32,189 bases of DNA, from positions 1 through 32,189 of the IMG/VR virus record IMGVR_UViG_3300049142_000054. One strand, given 5' to 3'. The DNA is from a virus (lineage: Duplodnaviria; Caudoviricetes). Below, piece by piece: positions 23,468 to 31,881 of this stretch (position 1 is its first letter; each line of letters opens with the position of its first letter). The position numbers were made by a program, and so were the translations under genes. The notes below the pieces were generated by a model. It was given only the letters and a program-made list of their open reading frames with translations. It had not been told where the DNA came from and made no database searches.

Positions 23468-26319
23468 CCGACTCACAGATTCCGGACCTCCGGGCCGTCG
23501 CCCGCGAGCTGCACGACGCCGGTCTGTGCCCGCTCCCCGTCCGGGCCGACGGGACCAAGGCCCCGGACGTCCGCAGCTGGACCCAGTACAAGATCAGCCG
23601 GTCCACCCCTGAGGAACACGACCGTTGGTTTGGAGACGGCCGCCGAACCGGAATCGGCATCGTTACCGGCGCCGTGTCCGGCAACGTCGAACTGATCGAG
23701 TTCGAGGGCCTGGCCGTCCAGGAGGGGCTCCTCGACAAGGTCACCGAGCTGGCCAACAACAGCGGGCTCGGCGACATCTGGCAGGCCGTCACGAGCGGCT
23801 GGGCTGACGAGTCCCCATCCGGCGGCGTGCACTACAAGGTCGTCGTCCAGGGCAGGCCCGCCGCCGCGAACAAGAAGCTCGCGCAGCGGCTCGCACGGGA
23901 AGACGAGTACACCCCGGAAGAACGTCAGCGCATCGCTGAGAAGCCGACCGCGAAGATCGTGCGGACGCTGATCGAGACGCGTGGCGAGGGCGGGTTCGTC
24001 GTCATCGCCCCGTCGCACGGTTCCACGCATCTCAGTGGCAGGCCCTACGTCCGGCTCGCTGGTGGCCCCACCACAATGGCTGTCCTCGACGCGGAGGAAC
24101 TCGACGCGGTCTACGTCCTCTGCCAGGCGTTCGACGCGATGCCCACGGCCGAGTCCCCGAAGACGGCGCCGCGCCCTGCACCGCCCCGGCCCGACGGAAG
24201 TCTGCGGCCCGGCGATGACTTCGAGGCCCAGGCCACGTGGGAGGAGATCCTGCGGGGTGTCTTCCGTCCGCTGAACACCCGGGGCAACGAGACCTACTGG
24301 GGGTGGGCCGACGGCGTCGGCGGTGTGAAGGCCACTACCGGGCGCGACGAGCACGACCGCCTGTTCGTCTTCGCCACCGGATCAGAGTTCGAACCCGAGG
24401 TTCCGTACAGCAAGTTCGGCGCCTATGCCCTGCTGAACCACGGCGGCGACCACAAGACCGCCGCCAGGGAGCTGGCCCGCATCGGCTACGGCAGTCGGCA
24501 CCTCGCCTCGGTCGGCGCTCACCCCGTCGCACCTGCACGCCAGCCCTCGCACCCGACCGACACCACCCCGGCCGCCGACGAGCAGGAGCAGGAGGATCCG
24601 GCCTCGGCGGGAGACGCAACCCCGGAAGGCTTCGACTACGCCAGCACCTTCGACCTCCCGGCGTCGGTCCGCACTCCCTACGACTATCGGGTCACCGGGC
24701 GAGGCGTTGAGGTGCTCAGCACCAGCGGCGAGAACTGGCTCCGAGTCACGTTCGCGCCGCTGGTCATCACAGCAACGTTCGAGGACCCCGAAGGTGACCA
24801 GTACGTCGAACTGTCGTGGATCGACCGCAGCCTCGGGCGGCCCCGCCGGATCTCCCGGATCGTCAGCCGCGAGACCGCGAAGCGCGGACGCAAGCTGATC
24901 GAAACCCTCGGCTCAGCCGGTCTCCCCGCCGTCGAGGGCGACGCCCGCGCCGTCGAAAAGTGGCTCGCCGAGTTCGAGGCTGGCAACGTCGGGCGCATTC
25001 CGTCCGAGCAGCTGGCCCGCTGGCTGGGGTGGCAGGACGACGGCACGTTCGTCAGCTCGCCCGAGGACGGCATCAAGGTCGATGTCCCGTTCGAGGAGCA
25101 GCGCGGTCCGGCCCGTGCGCACGCCAGGAAGGGGACGCTGGAGGGCTGGAAGGAGACCGTCGCCCAGCTGGCCGGCTTCCCGGTGCCACGCGTCGCGGTC
25201 GCGGCCGCGCTCGCCGCTCCCCTGCTCAAGCCCCTCGGCCTGAACAGCTTCACCCTGGACATCTCCAGCCGGTCCACCAAGGGCAAGACGACTGCCCTGC
25301 AGTGCGCGCTCAGCGTGTGGGCAGATCCGTCCGAGCACGCCAGCGCTATGTCGAACTGGCGCACCACGCTGTACGCCATTGAGAAGCGGCTGAACCTGGT
25401 GCGGGGGATCGTCACGGTCTTCGACGAGACCATGGCCGTCACAGACGACAACCTCATTGACGAGGTGCTCTACCAGCTCCCGATGAACCACGGGAAGGCA
25501 CGGTCGGGCGGCGCGTTCGGCAACATGCTGCCCTGGGAGACCATCCTCCTGTCTTCTGGCGAGCGGCCAGCGCTGAGCTTCACGACCAGCCAGGGTGCGG
25601 CGGCCCGCATCCTCGGCACGACGATCGCCCCCTTCGGCGACAACGGCGGCGCGGTCGCGGCCGCGGCCCGGGAAGGCGTCCTGGCCCATCACGGGCACGC
25701 CGGCCCCGAGTTCGTCCAGTACATCCTCAGTGGCCTCGCCCACCCGAACGGCCGCGAGGTGCTGAAGCAGAAGCACCGCGCGCTGGTGGACGAGTTCCGC
25801 GGCAGTGGCGACATGACGAATCGGCGCGCGCCGATGGTCGCCGCCCTGGTGCTCGCTGAGACGTTGGCGTGCGGCATCGGGCTGCTGCCATACGAGTCCC
25901 TGGACCACGACGTGTGGCGCGGCCTGTTCACCGCGCACAACCCGACCGACAACCGGCCCGAGATGGCGCTGGATGTCCTCCGGGAGTACGTCGCGGGCCA
26001 CGCCCACGAGCTGTTCAGCGCGTCCCGGGCGGCCCTCGGGGAGCGCCCGCCCTACTCGGGGTGGCTGGGCGTCATCTCGGCGAAGAACGGCGTCCAGACG
26101 GTCGCCCTGTTGCCTGAGCGGGTCCGCAAGATCCTGGCCGAGGCCGGATACTCCCTCGACGCGGTCGTGGGCAGCTGGGTCGACGCCGGGTATCTGGAGA
26201 CGCTCAAGAGCCAGCGCCCGCCGCACCTGGTGCCCCGTCGCTTCGACGGCGCCCGGGCAAAGTGCCTCGCGTTCACCCCCGAGGGCATGCCCTTCGGCGA
26301 GCAGGACGAGGCGGCATGA
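23464..26319 (+). CDS. Bifunctional primase/polymerase fused to DUF927-type helicase/ATPase
   Basis: 951 aa, TTG start after GGGGAG; PLPVRADGTKAP, GIGIVTG, SPSGGVHY, IETRGEGGFVVIAPS prim-pol motifs; LGWQ, Walker A STKGKTT, Walker B VFDE, SSGE, HHGHAG. Confidence 0.9.
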   Translation: MTDSQIPDLRAVARELHDAGLCPLPVRADGTKAPDVRSWTQYKISRSTPEEHDRWFGDGRRTGIGIVTGAVSGNVELIEFEGLAVQEGLLDKVTELANNSGLGDIWQAVTSGWADESPSGGVHYKVVVQGRPAAANKKLAQRLAREDEYTPEERQRIAEKPTAKIVRTLIETRGEGGFVVIAPSHGSTHLSGRPYVRLAGGPTTMAVLDAEELDAVYVLCQAFDAMPTAESPKTAPRPAPPRPDGSLRPGDDFEAQATWEEILRGVFRPLNTRGNETYWGWADGVGGVKATTGRDEHDRLFVFATGSEFEPEVPYSKFGAYALLNHGGDHKTAARELARIGYGSRHLASVGAHPVAPARQPSHPTDTTPAADEQEQEDPASAGDATPEGFDYASTFDLPASVRTPYDYRVTGRGVEVLSTSGENWLRVTFAPLVITATFEDPEGDQYVELSWIDRSLGRPRRISRIVSRETAKRGRKLIETLGSAGLPAVEGDARAVEKWLAEFEAGNVGRIPSEQLARWLGWQDDGTFVSSPEDGIKVDVPFEEQRGPARAHARKGTLEGWKETVAQLAGFPVPRVAVAAALAAPLLKPLGLNSFTLDISSRSTKGKTTALQCALSVWADPSEHASAMSNWRTTLYAIEKRLNLVRGIVTVFDETMAVTDDNLIDEVLYQLPMNHGKARSGGAFGNMLPWETILLSSGERPALSFTTSQGAAARILGTTIAPFGDNGGAVAAAAREGVLAHHGHAGPEFVQYILSGLAHPNGREVLKQKHRALVDEFRGSGDMTNRRAPMVAALVLAETLACGIGLLPYESLDHDVWRGLFTAHNPTDNRPEMALDVLREYVAGHAHELFSASRAALGERPPYSGWLGVISAKNGVQTVALLPERVRKILAEAGYSLDAVVGSWVDAGYLETLKSQRPPHLVPRRFDGARAKCLAFTPEGMPFGEQDEAA

Positions 26320-26332
26320 GGGCCGTCGGGCC

Positions 26333-26610
26333 GGTGGTACGCACCTCGTGCGTACCACCCTGGCCCCACGGTTCCCGCAGGTCAGGCGCGTATCAGCCGC
26401 CGCTTTCGGGGCGGTACGCAGTCGCCCGGAAAAGACACCCCTCAGGCGTGGGCGCGTGTGCGTGCGCGTGCGTGCGTGCCTGCGCACATCGACCCCTGTC
26501 TGTTTCTGCGTACCTGCGTACCACTGTCTCTAGAGAGAGACATAACAGCAGGTCAGAGCCCATTTTTGCCCGGTACGCAGCCGGTACGCAGCCGGTACGC
26601 AGCGCGTACC
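26333..26610. repeat. Putative replication origin with GGTACGCA iterons
   Basis: GGTACGCA at 26336, 26413, 26572, 26583, 26594; inverted TGCGTACC at 26349, 26507, 26515; CCGGTACGCAG x3 tandem at 26570-26602. Confidence 0.8.
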
Positions 26611-26645
26611 GCCCCTCTCCCCTCTCCACCGAATCGAGGTGACGC

Positions 26646-28256
26646 ATGTCCTTCACACCCCGCCCCTACCAGCTCGACGCCATCGAGGCGCTCCGCCAGG
26701 GCTGGGCCAGCGGCAAGAACCGCGTGGCCGTCGTCCTACCGACCGGCGCCGGTAAGACCGTCGTCTTCTCCCACCTGGCACACCAGATGCTCGACAGCCT
26801 CGGAGGCCGCCGAGCGCTCGTCATCGCCCACCGTGAGGAGCTGATCGAGCAGGCCGCTTCCAAGCTCCTGGCCGTGGACCCGATGCTGCGGGTCGGGATC
26901 GTCAAGGCTCAGCGCGACGACCACCACGACGCCGACGTCATTGTGGCCAGCGTCCAGACCCTGGCCGTGGCCCGCCGCCGCGAGGCCATCCGGGATATCG
27001 GCCTGATCATCGTGGACGAGTGCCACCACGCTGCGGCTCCCTCCTACATGGAGGTGCTCCGGCACTTCGGCGCCTGGGACGGCGTCCCGGTGGCCGGCTT
27101 CACCGCGACGATGACTCGGGAGGACGGCGGCCTGGCCGAGGTGTGGGAGGACGTCGTCTTCCGCCTCGACATCCTCGACATGATCAGCGACGGCTACCTC
27201 TGCGACGTCCGCGGCAAGGCCATCACCGTCGACACCCTCGACCTCAACAAGGTGAAGACGCGGGGCGGCGACCTGGTCGACGGGCAGCTCGGGAAGGCGC
27301 TGGAGGACTCCGGCGCGCTGGACGCCATCGCCAAGGCGTACGTCGACCACGCCGCCGACCGGGCCGGCGTGGTCTTCACCCCGACCGTGGCGACAGCCCA
27401 GGCCGCCGCCGAGTCGCTGCGCGCGGTCGGTATCACCGCGGCCCCAGTGTGGGGCGACATGGGCCGCGACGAGCGGCGCGCGACCTTGGCCCGGTACACC
27501 GCCGGAGAAGTGCAAGTCCTCACCAACTGCATGGTGCTCACCGAGGGATTCGACGCCCCGCACACCAGCTGCATCGTGGTCGCCCGGCCGACGAAGAGCG
27601 CCGGCCTGTACGTGCAGATGGTTGGCCGCGGCCTCCGCCCGGCACCCGGAAAGCGCGACGCTCTGCTGCTCGACGTCATGGGCGCCGCGAGCCGCCACAA
27701 GCTCGCGTCGATGGTCGACCTCACCGAGCGCGAGATCGGCGAGCACGAGAGCGGCAAGAGCCTCCGGGAGGTCGCCGAGGAGCACGTGGCCGCGGAGAAG
27801 CGCCGCACGCTGGCGGCTCGGGTCGAGGCCGAGGAGATCAACCTGTTCGGCTCGTCGGCGATCCGCTGGCTGCGCACCCCGGACGGCGTGTGGTTCATCC
27901 GCCTGACCAGCGCCATGTTCCTGTTCCTGCAGCGTGACCCCGGGACGCGGTCCTACCGGATGCGCCGCTGGACCGAGGCGCACGGTGTGCACCCGCCGAA
28001 GGACGACGTGGCCCGGCCGCTGCCGGAGGCGCTGGCGTGGCTGGAGCAGCAGGCCAAGGTGCTGGCGCCTGGGGCGTTCGTGTCGAGGCAGGCCCGTTGG
28101 AGGGCAGGGAAGCCCAGCCCGAAGCAGCTGGGCCTGTGCCGCCGCCTCGGCATCACGGTGCCGCGCGGCGCGTCGGCCGGCGACGTCGCCGACCTCATCG
28201 ACCAGGACCGCGTCGGACGCGTCCTCGGCCAGCTGACCCTTCCCACCGCCGCGTAG
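26646..28256 (+). CDS. SF2 DEAD/DEAH-box helicase
   Basis: PRPYQ, LPTGAGKT, DECHH, TAT, LTEGFDAP, QMVGRGLR; GAGG RBS. Confidence 0.95.
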   Translation: MSFTPRPYQLDAIEALRQGWASGKNRVAVVLPTGAGKTVVFSHLAHQMLDSLGGRRALVIAHREELIEQAASKLLAVDPMLRVGIVKAQRDDHHDADVIVASVQTLAVARRREAIRDIGLIIVDECHHAAAPSYMEVLRHFGAWDGVPVAGFTATMTREDGGLAEVWEDVVFRLDILDMISDGYLCDVRGKAITVDTLDLNKVKTRGGDLVDGQLGKALEDSGALDAIAKAYVDHAADRAGVVFTPTVATAQAAAESLRAVGITAAPVWGDMGRDERRATLARYTAGEVQVLTNCMVLTEGFDAPHTSCIVVARPTKSAGLYVQMVGRGLRPAPGKRDALLLDVMGAASRHKLASMVDLTEREIGEHESGKSLREVAEEHVAAEKRRTLAARVEAEEINLFGSSAIRWLRTPDGVWFIRLTSAMFLFLQRDPGTRSYRMRRWTEAHGVHPPKDDVARPLPEALAWLEQQAKVLAPGAFVSRQARWRAGKPSPKQLGLCRRLGITVPRGASAGDVADLIDQDRVGRVLGQLTLPTAA

Positions 28257-28257
28257 C

Positions 28258-28312
28258 GGTCCGGGCCTGTCGCTATCAGGCCCGGACCTCCACCCATCAC
28301 ACCACGGAGGAA
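28258..28312 (+). repeat. Hairpin plus 23-bp start-associated repeat, copy 1
   Basis: GGTCCGGGCCTG-N7-CAGGCCCGGACC then CCACCCATCACACCACGGAGGAA (28290-28312). Confidence 0.8.
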
Positions 28313-28315
28313 AGC

Positions 28316-29515
28316 ATGGCTGTTCCCAACAAGTACGAGTTCCGCCTTTCGCCCGACCACCGTCAGTTCGCTATCTGGGAGCCTGGGAACGAGCCTTGGT
28401 TCGTTCCGGAGACCGCCATGACCGGCCGGTGGATCAAGCCGAACGACATGGACCGCCTCGGTTGGACGCGCTACGTGCCGGTCGACGAGGAGCCGCTGGG
28501 CGCTGTCGAACCCGGTGACCGACCGCGTCTGTTCCACCTTCAGCGAGACGTCGACATCAGCGGCGTGTCCGGTACCGGCCGCGTCGCGAACGGCGTGCTC
28601 TGGCCCGATGGGTCCGTGTCGCTGCGCTGGGTCGGCGAACGGCCGTCGACCGTGCACTGGGAGCGTTTGGAGGACGCTGAGGCCGTCCACGGGCACGGCG
28701 GTGCCACCCGCATCGTCTGGGCCGAAGACCGGCCACGCGTGGACGACCCGGCCTCCACCCTCGACGACACAGAGCGGCAGTTCCTCACCTTCGCCCTCGA
28801 ACTGGCCGCCGACCAGATGACTTTGCGTAGTGACGAGTTCGACGATGGGGACGCTGCCGCGCTGGAGAAGCTGCGCTGCATTGCCACCGAGGCGCAGCAG
28901 CCCAGGCCCGAGCGCGGCGAGCTGTGGTCGCTCCTCGACTGGACGTTCTGGGGCAGCGGCATGGGCGACGTCTTCCGCATGCCCCTCGCAGATACCATGC
29001 TCGCTGCGATCACCCCCGAGCAGCGCGAGCAGGCCGAGCAGCTCATGGAGGCCTGGCACGCCAGCGGCCGAAAGCCCCTCGGGCGCCGCCGTTACGAGGA
29101 ACTGTCGGCCGAGTTGCAGACGGCCCGTGACGAACTCGCCGAAGTGAAGGCCAGCCACGACCCGCGCCTGCGTTGCCTGATCATCAAGCCCCACCGCGAC
29201 AAGGACATGTACGTCGGCTGGTCCAACGTCTGCGAGATGCCCGTCGGCGTGTGGTCCCGCGAGACCGCCCTCGCCTACGGCTTCCCGTCCTCCCGCCTCG
29301 ACCGCGCCGACAAGAACGGCAGCAGCGACCTCAGCTGCAGCGACGGGCACTGGGACGACAAGGGGTTCATCGCCGAACAACTCGGCTGGCTCCGCCGCGA
29401 CAGGCTCGGTGACTACGCCGTCGAGTACCTGCACGGCGACCGCCAGGCCGCGTACGCCCTGCTGGAGCCGTTCGAGGGCGAGACCGAAGTACGCCGCCCA
29501 GGCGACGCGGGATGA
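28316..29515 (+). CDS. Mosaic multi-module early protein (399 aa)
   Basis: GGAGG RBS, ATG 28316 in the 28037..29515 frame; includes the FHLQRDVDISGVSGTGRVA.GV.WPDG module common in actinophages. Confidence 0.8.
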   Translation: MAVPNKYEFRLSPDHRQFAIWEPGNEPWFVPETAMTGRWIKPNDMDRLGWTRYVPVDEEPLGAVEPGDRPRLFHLQRDVDISGVSGTGRVANGVLWPDGSVSLRWVGERPSTVHWERLEDAEAVHGHGGATRIVWAEDRPRVDDPASTLDDTERQFLTFALELAADQMTLRSDEFDDGDAAALEKLRCIATEAQQPRPERGELWSLLDWTFWGSGMGDVFRMPLADTMLAAITPEQREQAEQLMEAWHASGRKPLGRRRYEELSAELQTARDELAEVKASHDPRLRCLIIKPHRDKDMYVGWSNVCEMPVGVWSRETALAYGFPSSRLDRADKNGSSDLSCSDGHWDDKGFIAEQLGWLRRDRLGDYAVEYLHGDRQAAYALLEPFEGETEVRRPGDAG

Positions 29516-29706
29516 CCGCCATGGAGTGGCTGATCTGGGGCGCCTTGGTCTGCCTCGTCTTCTGGGCCTACCAGGCCATCGACATCGCCCACTACCTGCC
29601 GCGCGCCGTCCGGCGGAAGCGCAGGCGCCAGCACATCCCGCACTGGGCGCGCACCGGGCACCTGCCGTCGTCCACCGCGAAGCACGGCCGGCACTCCCGC
29701 CGATAG
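29512..29706 (+). CDS. Small membrane protein (64 aa)
   Basis: N-terminal hydrophobic helix then basic tail; ATGA overlap. Confidence 0.65.
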   Translation: MTAMEWLIWGALVCLVFWAYQAIDIAHYLPRAVRRKRRRQHIPHWARTGHLPSSTAKHGRHSRR

Positions 29707-29712
29707 CCAGAC

Positions 29713-29767
29713 GGCCGCCCCTGCGCGAATCAGGGGCGGCCTCCCCACCCATCACACCACGGAGGAA
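29713..29767 (+). repeat. Hairpin plus 23-bp start-associated repeat, copy 2
   Basis: GGCCGCCCCTG-N7-CAGGGGCGGCC then CCACCCATCACACCACGGAGGAA (29745-29767). Confidence 0.8.
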
Positions 29768-29770
29768 CCC

Positions 29771-30160
29771 ATGAGTAACCCGAGCGTCACCACCGACCGC
29801 GTCCTGACCGAGGTCCTCGCCGAGCGCATCACCCAGGACGCCAAGTGGGGTGAGCAGAACCACCCCGACGGCACCGGCTACGACGGCAGCGACCAGCACG
29901 CCGACTTCTGGCGCCAGCGCTGCCAGGACGCGTTCGCCGACGGCGAGGGCACGTGGGGCCACGTCCTGCTGGAAGAGGTCTTCGAGGCCATCGCCGAGAA
30001 CGACCCGGCCAACCTGCGCGCTGAGTTGGTCCAGGTCGCCGCTGTTGCTGTCGCGTGGGTGGAGGCCATCGACCGGCGCCCGGCCGCCGTTGCCCGGGTC
30101 ATCGGGCACACCAGCCTCTTGGAGACGACCAACGCCTACGAGCACCGGGAGGACCGGTGA
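29771..30160 (+). CDS. MazG-like all-alpha NTP pyrophosphatase-fold protein (129 aa)
   Basis: ERITQDAKWG...WGHVLLEEVFEA...LRAELVQVAAVAVAWVEAID (EExxE...ExxQ pattern). Confidence 0.65.
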   Translation: MSNPSVTTDRVLTEVLAERITQDAKWGEQNHPDGTGYDGSDQHADFWRQRCQDAFADGEGTWGHVLLEEVFEAIAENDPANLRAELVQVAAVAVAWVEAIDRRPAAVARVIGHTSLLETTNAYEHREDR

Positions 30161-30324
30161 CCGTTCGCCCGCGCTGCTCGCGTGGCCACTTCCTGGCCGC
30201 CTCCGGCACCTGCCGCTGCGAGATCCCCCGCACCAGCTGGAGCGCCGACCTGTGGGGCCAGGGCCTCACCGCCCGCCAGCGCCACAGCATCACCACCGTC
30301 CCCATCACCGGGAGGTACCTGTGA
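30157..30324 (+). CDS. Small Cys/His-containing hypothetical protein (55 aa)
   Basis: GGAGG RBS; GTGA overlaps at both ends; RCSRGHF...CRC. Confidence 0.6.
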   Translation: MTVRPRCSRGHFLAASGTCRCEIPRTSWSADLWGQGLTARQRHSITTVPITGRYL

Positions 30325-30665
30325 CCCCGTCCGCCCGTGCCCTCTGGTGGCACTACCTACTCGGCTCCCTGTTCACCGCCCACTGTGGCATCACCAGCGC
30401 ACGCAACGGCGCCCTCTGGTACGCCGCCGGCCTGTTCGCCGTCTCGCTCCTGCTGATGGTCGCCCTCGCCCGCGAGTACATCGCCGCCGACGACCGGCGT
30501 GCGGTCGCCGTCCGGGCCGAGCGTGCGGCCAGACTGCGCCAGCCCCGCCCGGCCATCGACGGCGTGGTGGCCGTCGCCCTGGCTGGCGCCTGCTGCGAGA
30601 CCTGGTGGACATCGGCCGGCGCCGGACACGAAGAAACCTGCACCAACCAACGGAGGACTGCATGA
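30321..30665 (+). CDS. Membrane protein with two TM segments and C-terminal CC..WW...H...C motif (114 aa)
   Basis: GGAGG RBS, GTG 30321 in the 29850..30665 frame. Confidence 0.7.
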   Translation: MTPSARALWWHYLLGSLFTAHCGITSARNGALWYAAGLFAVSLLLMVALAREYIAADDRRAVAVRAERAARLRQPRPAIDGVVAVALAGACCETWWTSAGAGHEETCTNQRRTA

Positions 30666-30904
30666 GCCCGGAGCGCTACACCGCCGACAGCATTACCGAC
30701 GCCGCTCTGGACGCGCTGTACGAGAACGCAAACCGTGGCTGGCGGCGCGGGGACGAGTGGAAGGCACGCGCCGAGAAGGCCGAGGCCGCCGTCGAGCGCG
30801 CCGATCGGCTGGCCCGTAGGTGGGCAATCCTCCGGACCCATGGAGGCGCCGCCGTCGAACTGCGCGCCGCACTCGCGGAACCCAAGGAGACCAGCACCAA
30901 GTGA
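30662..30904 (+). CDS. Small coiled-coil hypothetical protein (80 aa)
   Basis: GGAGG RBS, ATG 30662; TADSITDAALDALY...ARAEKAEAAVER...LRAAL. Confidence 0.75.
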   Translation: MSPERYTADSITDAALDALYENANRGWRRGDEWKARAEKAEAAVERADRLARRWAILRTHGGAAVELRAALAEPKETSTK

Positions 30905-31524
30905 ACGCCTGCACCCTGTGCGAGGACGAGACCGGCGAGGCGTACCTGTGCGAGCGCGACACCCACGCGCTCGCCGGGCGCCTCGCCCGGCTCCCCGAGC
31001 TGTACGCCGAACTGGCCGTGCACCTGGTGCCGCGCTGTACCGGGCCCGCCGAGATCGTCACGGCGGCGGCGGCCGCCGGCCCCCGGTCCCCCTTGAACGA
31101 GGACGTATTCGACCTGGTGCACGGCCGCCACATGGTCACGGTCATGGAGTCATGGCGGGAGGACGTACAGCGGGTGCGCTGGCCGCAGCACTCGCCGCCC
31201 CCGCCGGCCGGACTCGCAGCGGCCTGCCGCTGGCTGGGCATGGAACTGGACTGGATCGCCAACCACTACCCAGCAGTCGGGGACCTCGCCCGCGAGGTGC
31301 GCTCCCTCGAGGGACAGGTACGAACCATCGTCGGCGACCCGCCGCCACGCCCGCAGCGGCTCGGCCTGTGTGTGGCGGTGACGGACGATCAGGGCACCGT
31401 GTGCGGCGCCGTCCTCTCCCGTCTTCCGGGCGGGCCGGTGCGGTGCCGGTGGTGCGGAACGGACTACCGCGCAGAGACAGACCTGCTGTTGCTGCGGCAC
31501 TACCAGCCCGGCACCCTTGCCTAG
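30901..31524 (+). CDS. Zinc-ribbon protein, possible transcription regulator (207 aa)
   Basis: AAGGAG RBS, GTG 30901; CTLC...LC at N-terminus, LGLC...CGAVL...VRCRWCG at C-terminus. Confidence 0.75.
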   Translation: MNACTLCEDETGEAYLCERDTHALAGRLARLPELYAELAVHLVPRCTGPAEIVTAAAAAGPRSPLNEDVFDLVHGRHMVTVMESWREDVQRVRWPQHSPPPPAGLAAACRWLGMELDWIANHYPAVGDLAREVRSLEGQVRTIVGDPPPRPQRLGLCVAVTDDQGTVCGAVLSRLPGGPVRCRWCGTDYRAETDLLLLRHYQPGTLA

Positions 31525-31553
31525 AACCCTAGTGTTCGGGTAGCGTGACCTGT

Positions 31554-31802
31554 GTGCCAACCACCAATTGGCGCGAACGAGTTGATGCCGAGGACGAGGA
31601 ACAGAAGCGGCTACTGAGCTTGATCTCAGACAGCGCCCAGAGACGAGCGGCAGCGCTCGAGGACGGTGTGCGGGACCTGGGAACCATCTCGGCCGTCGCC
31701 CGGGACCGCGGCATCAGCCCGAGCGCAGTCCGACGATCCATCCGCGAGCACGGAACGGGCACCCTACGCCCCACCCGAAGCTCCCCGACCACAACCGAAT
31801 AG
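31554..31802 (+). CDS. Small HTH DNA-binding protein (82 aa)
   Basis: RRAAALEDGVRDLGTISAVARDRGISPSAVRRSI; TAGCGT 7 nt upstream of GTG 31554 (ORF track starts at 31545). Confidence 0.75.
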   Translation: MPTTNWRERVDAEDEEQKRLLSLISDSAQRRAAALEDGVRDLGTISAVARDRGISPSAVRRSIREHGTGTLRPTRSSPTTTE

Positions 31803-31881
31803 GCCCGGAAAGCGGGCAGCCCCGGCAAGGCGACCCTACCGCCCGCCGGGGACCACCACTTGATCACGAGGAGCAAGCCTC

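Noticed and set aside
24913-26487. 524-aa minus-strand ORF and short ORFs across the origin
   Set aside because: Antisense to the primase-helicase; repetitive peptides derive from iterons.
26333-26610. CRISPR-like array
   Set aside because: Repeats are 8-11 bp in both orientations without regular spacers, and no cas genes are present.
27953-30145. 730-aa minus-strand ORF
   Set aside because: Antisense to several RBS-bearing plus-strand genes; no motifs.
31522-31539. LexA/SOS box before the terminal HTH gene
   Set aside because: GAAC and GTTC are 6 nt apart rather than 4, and the flanks do not match.
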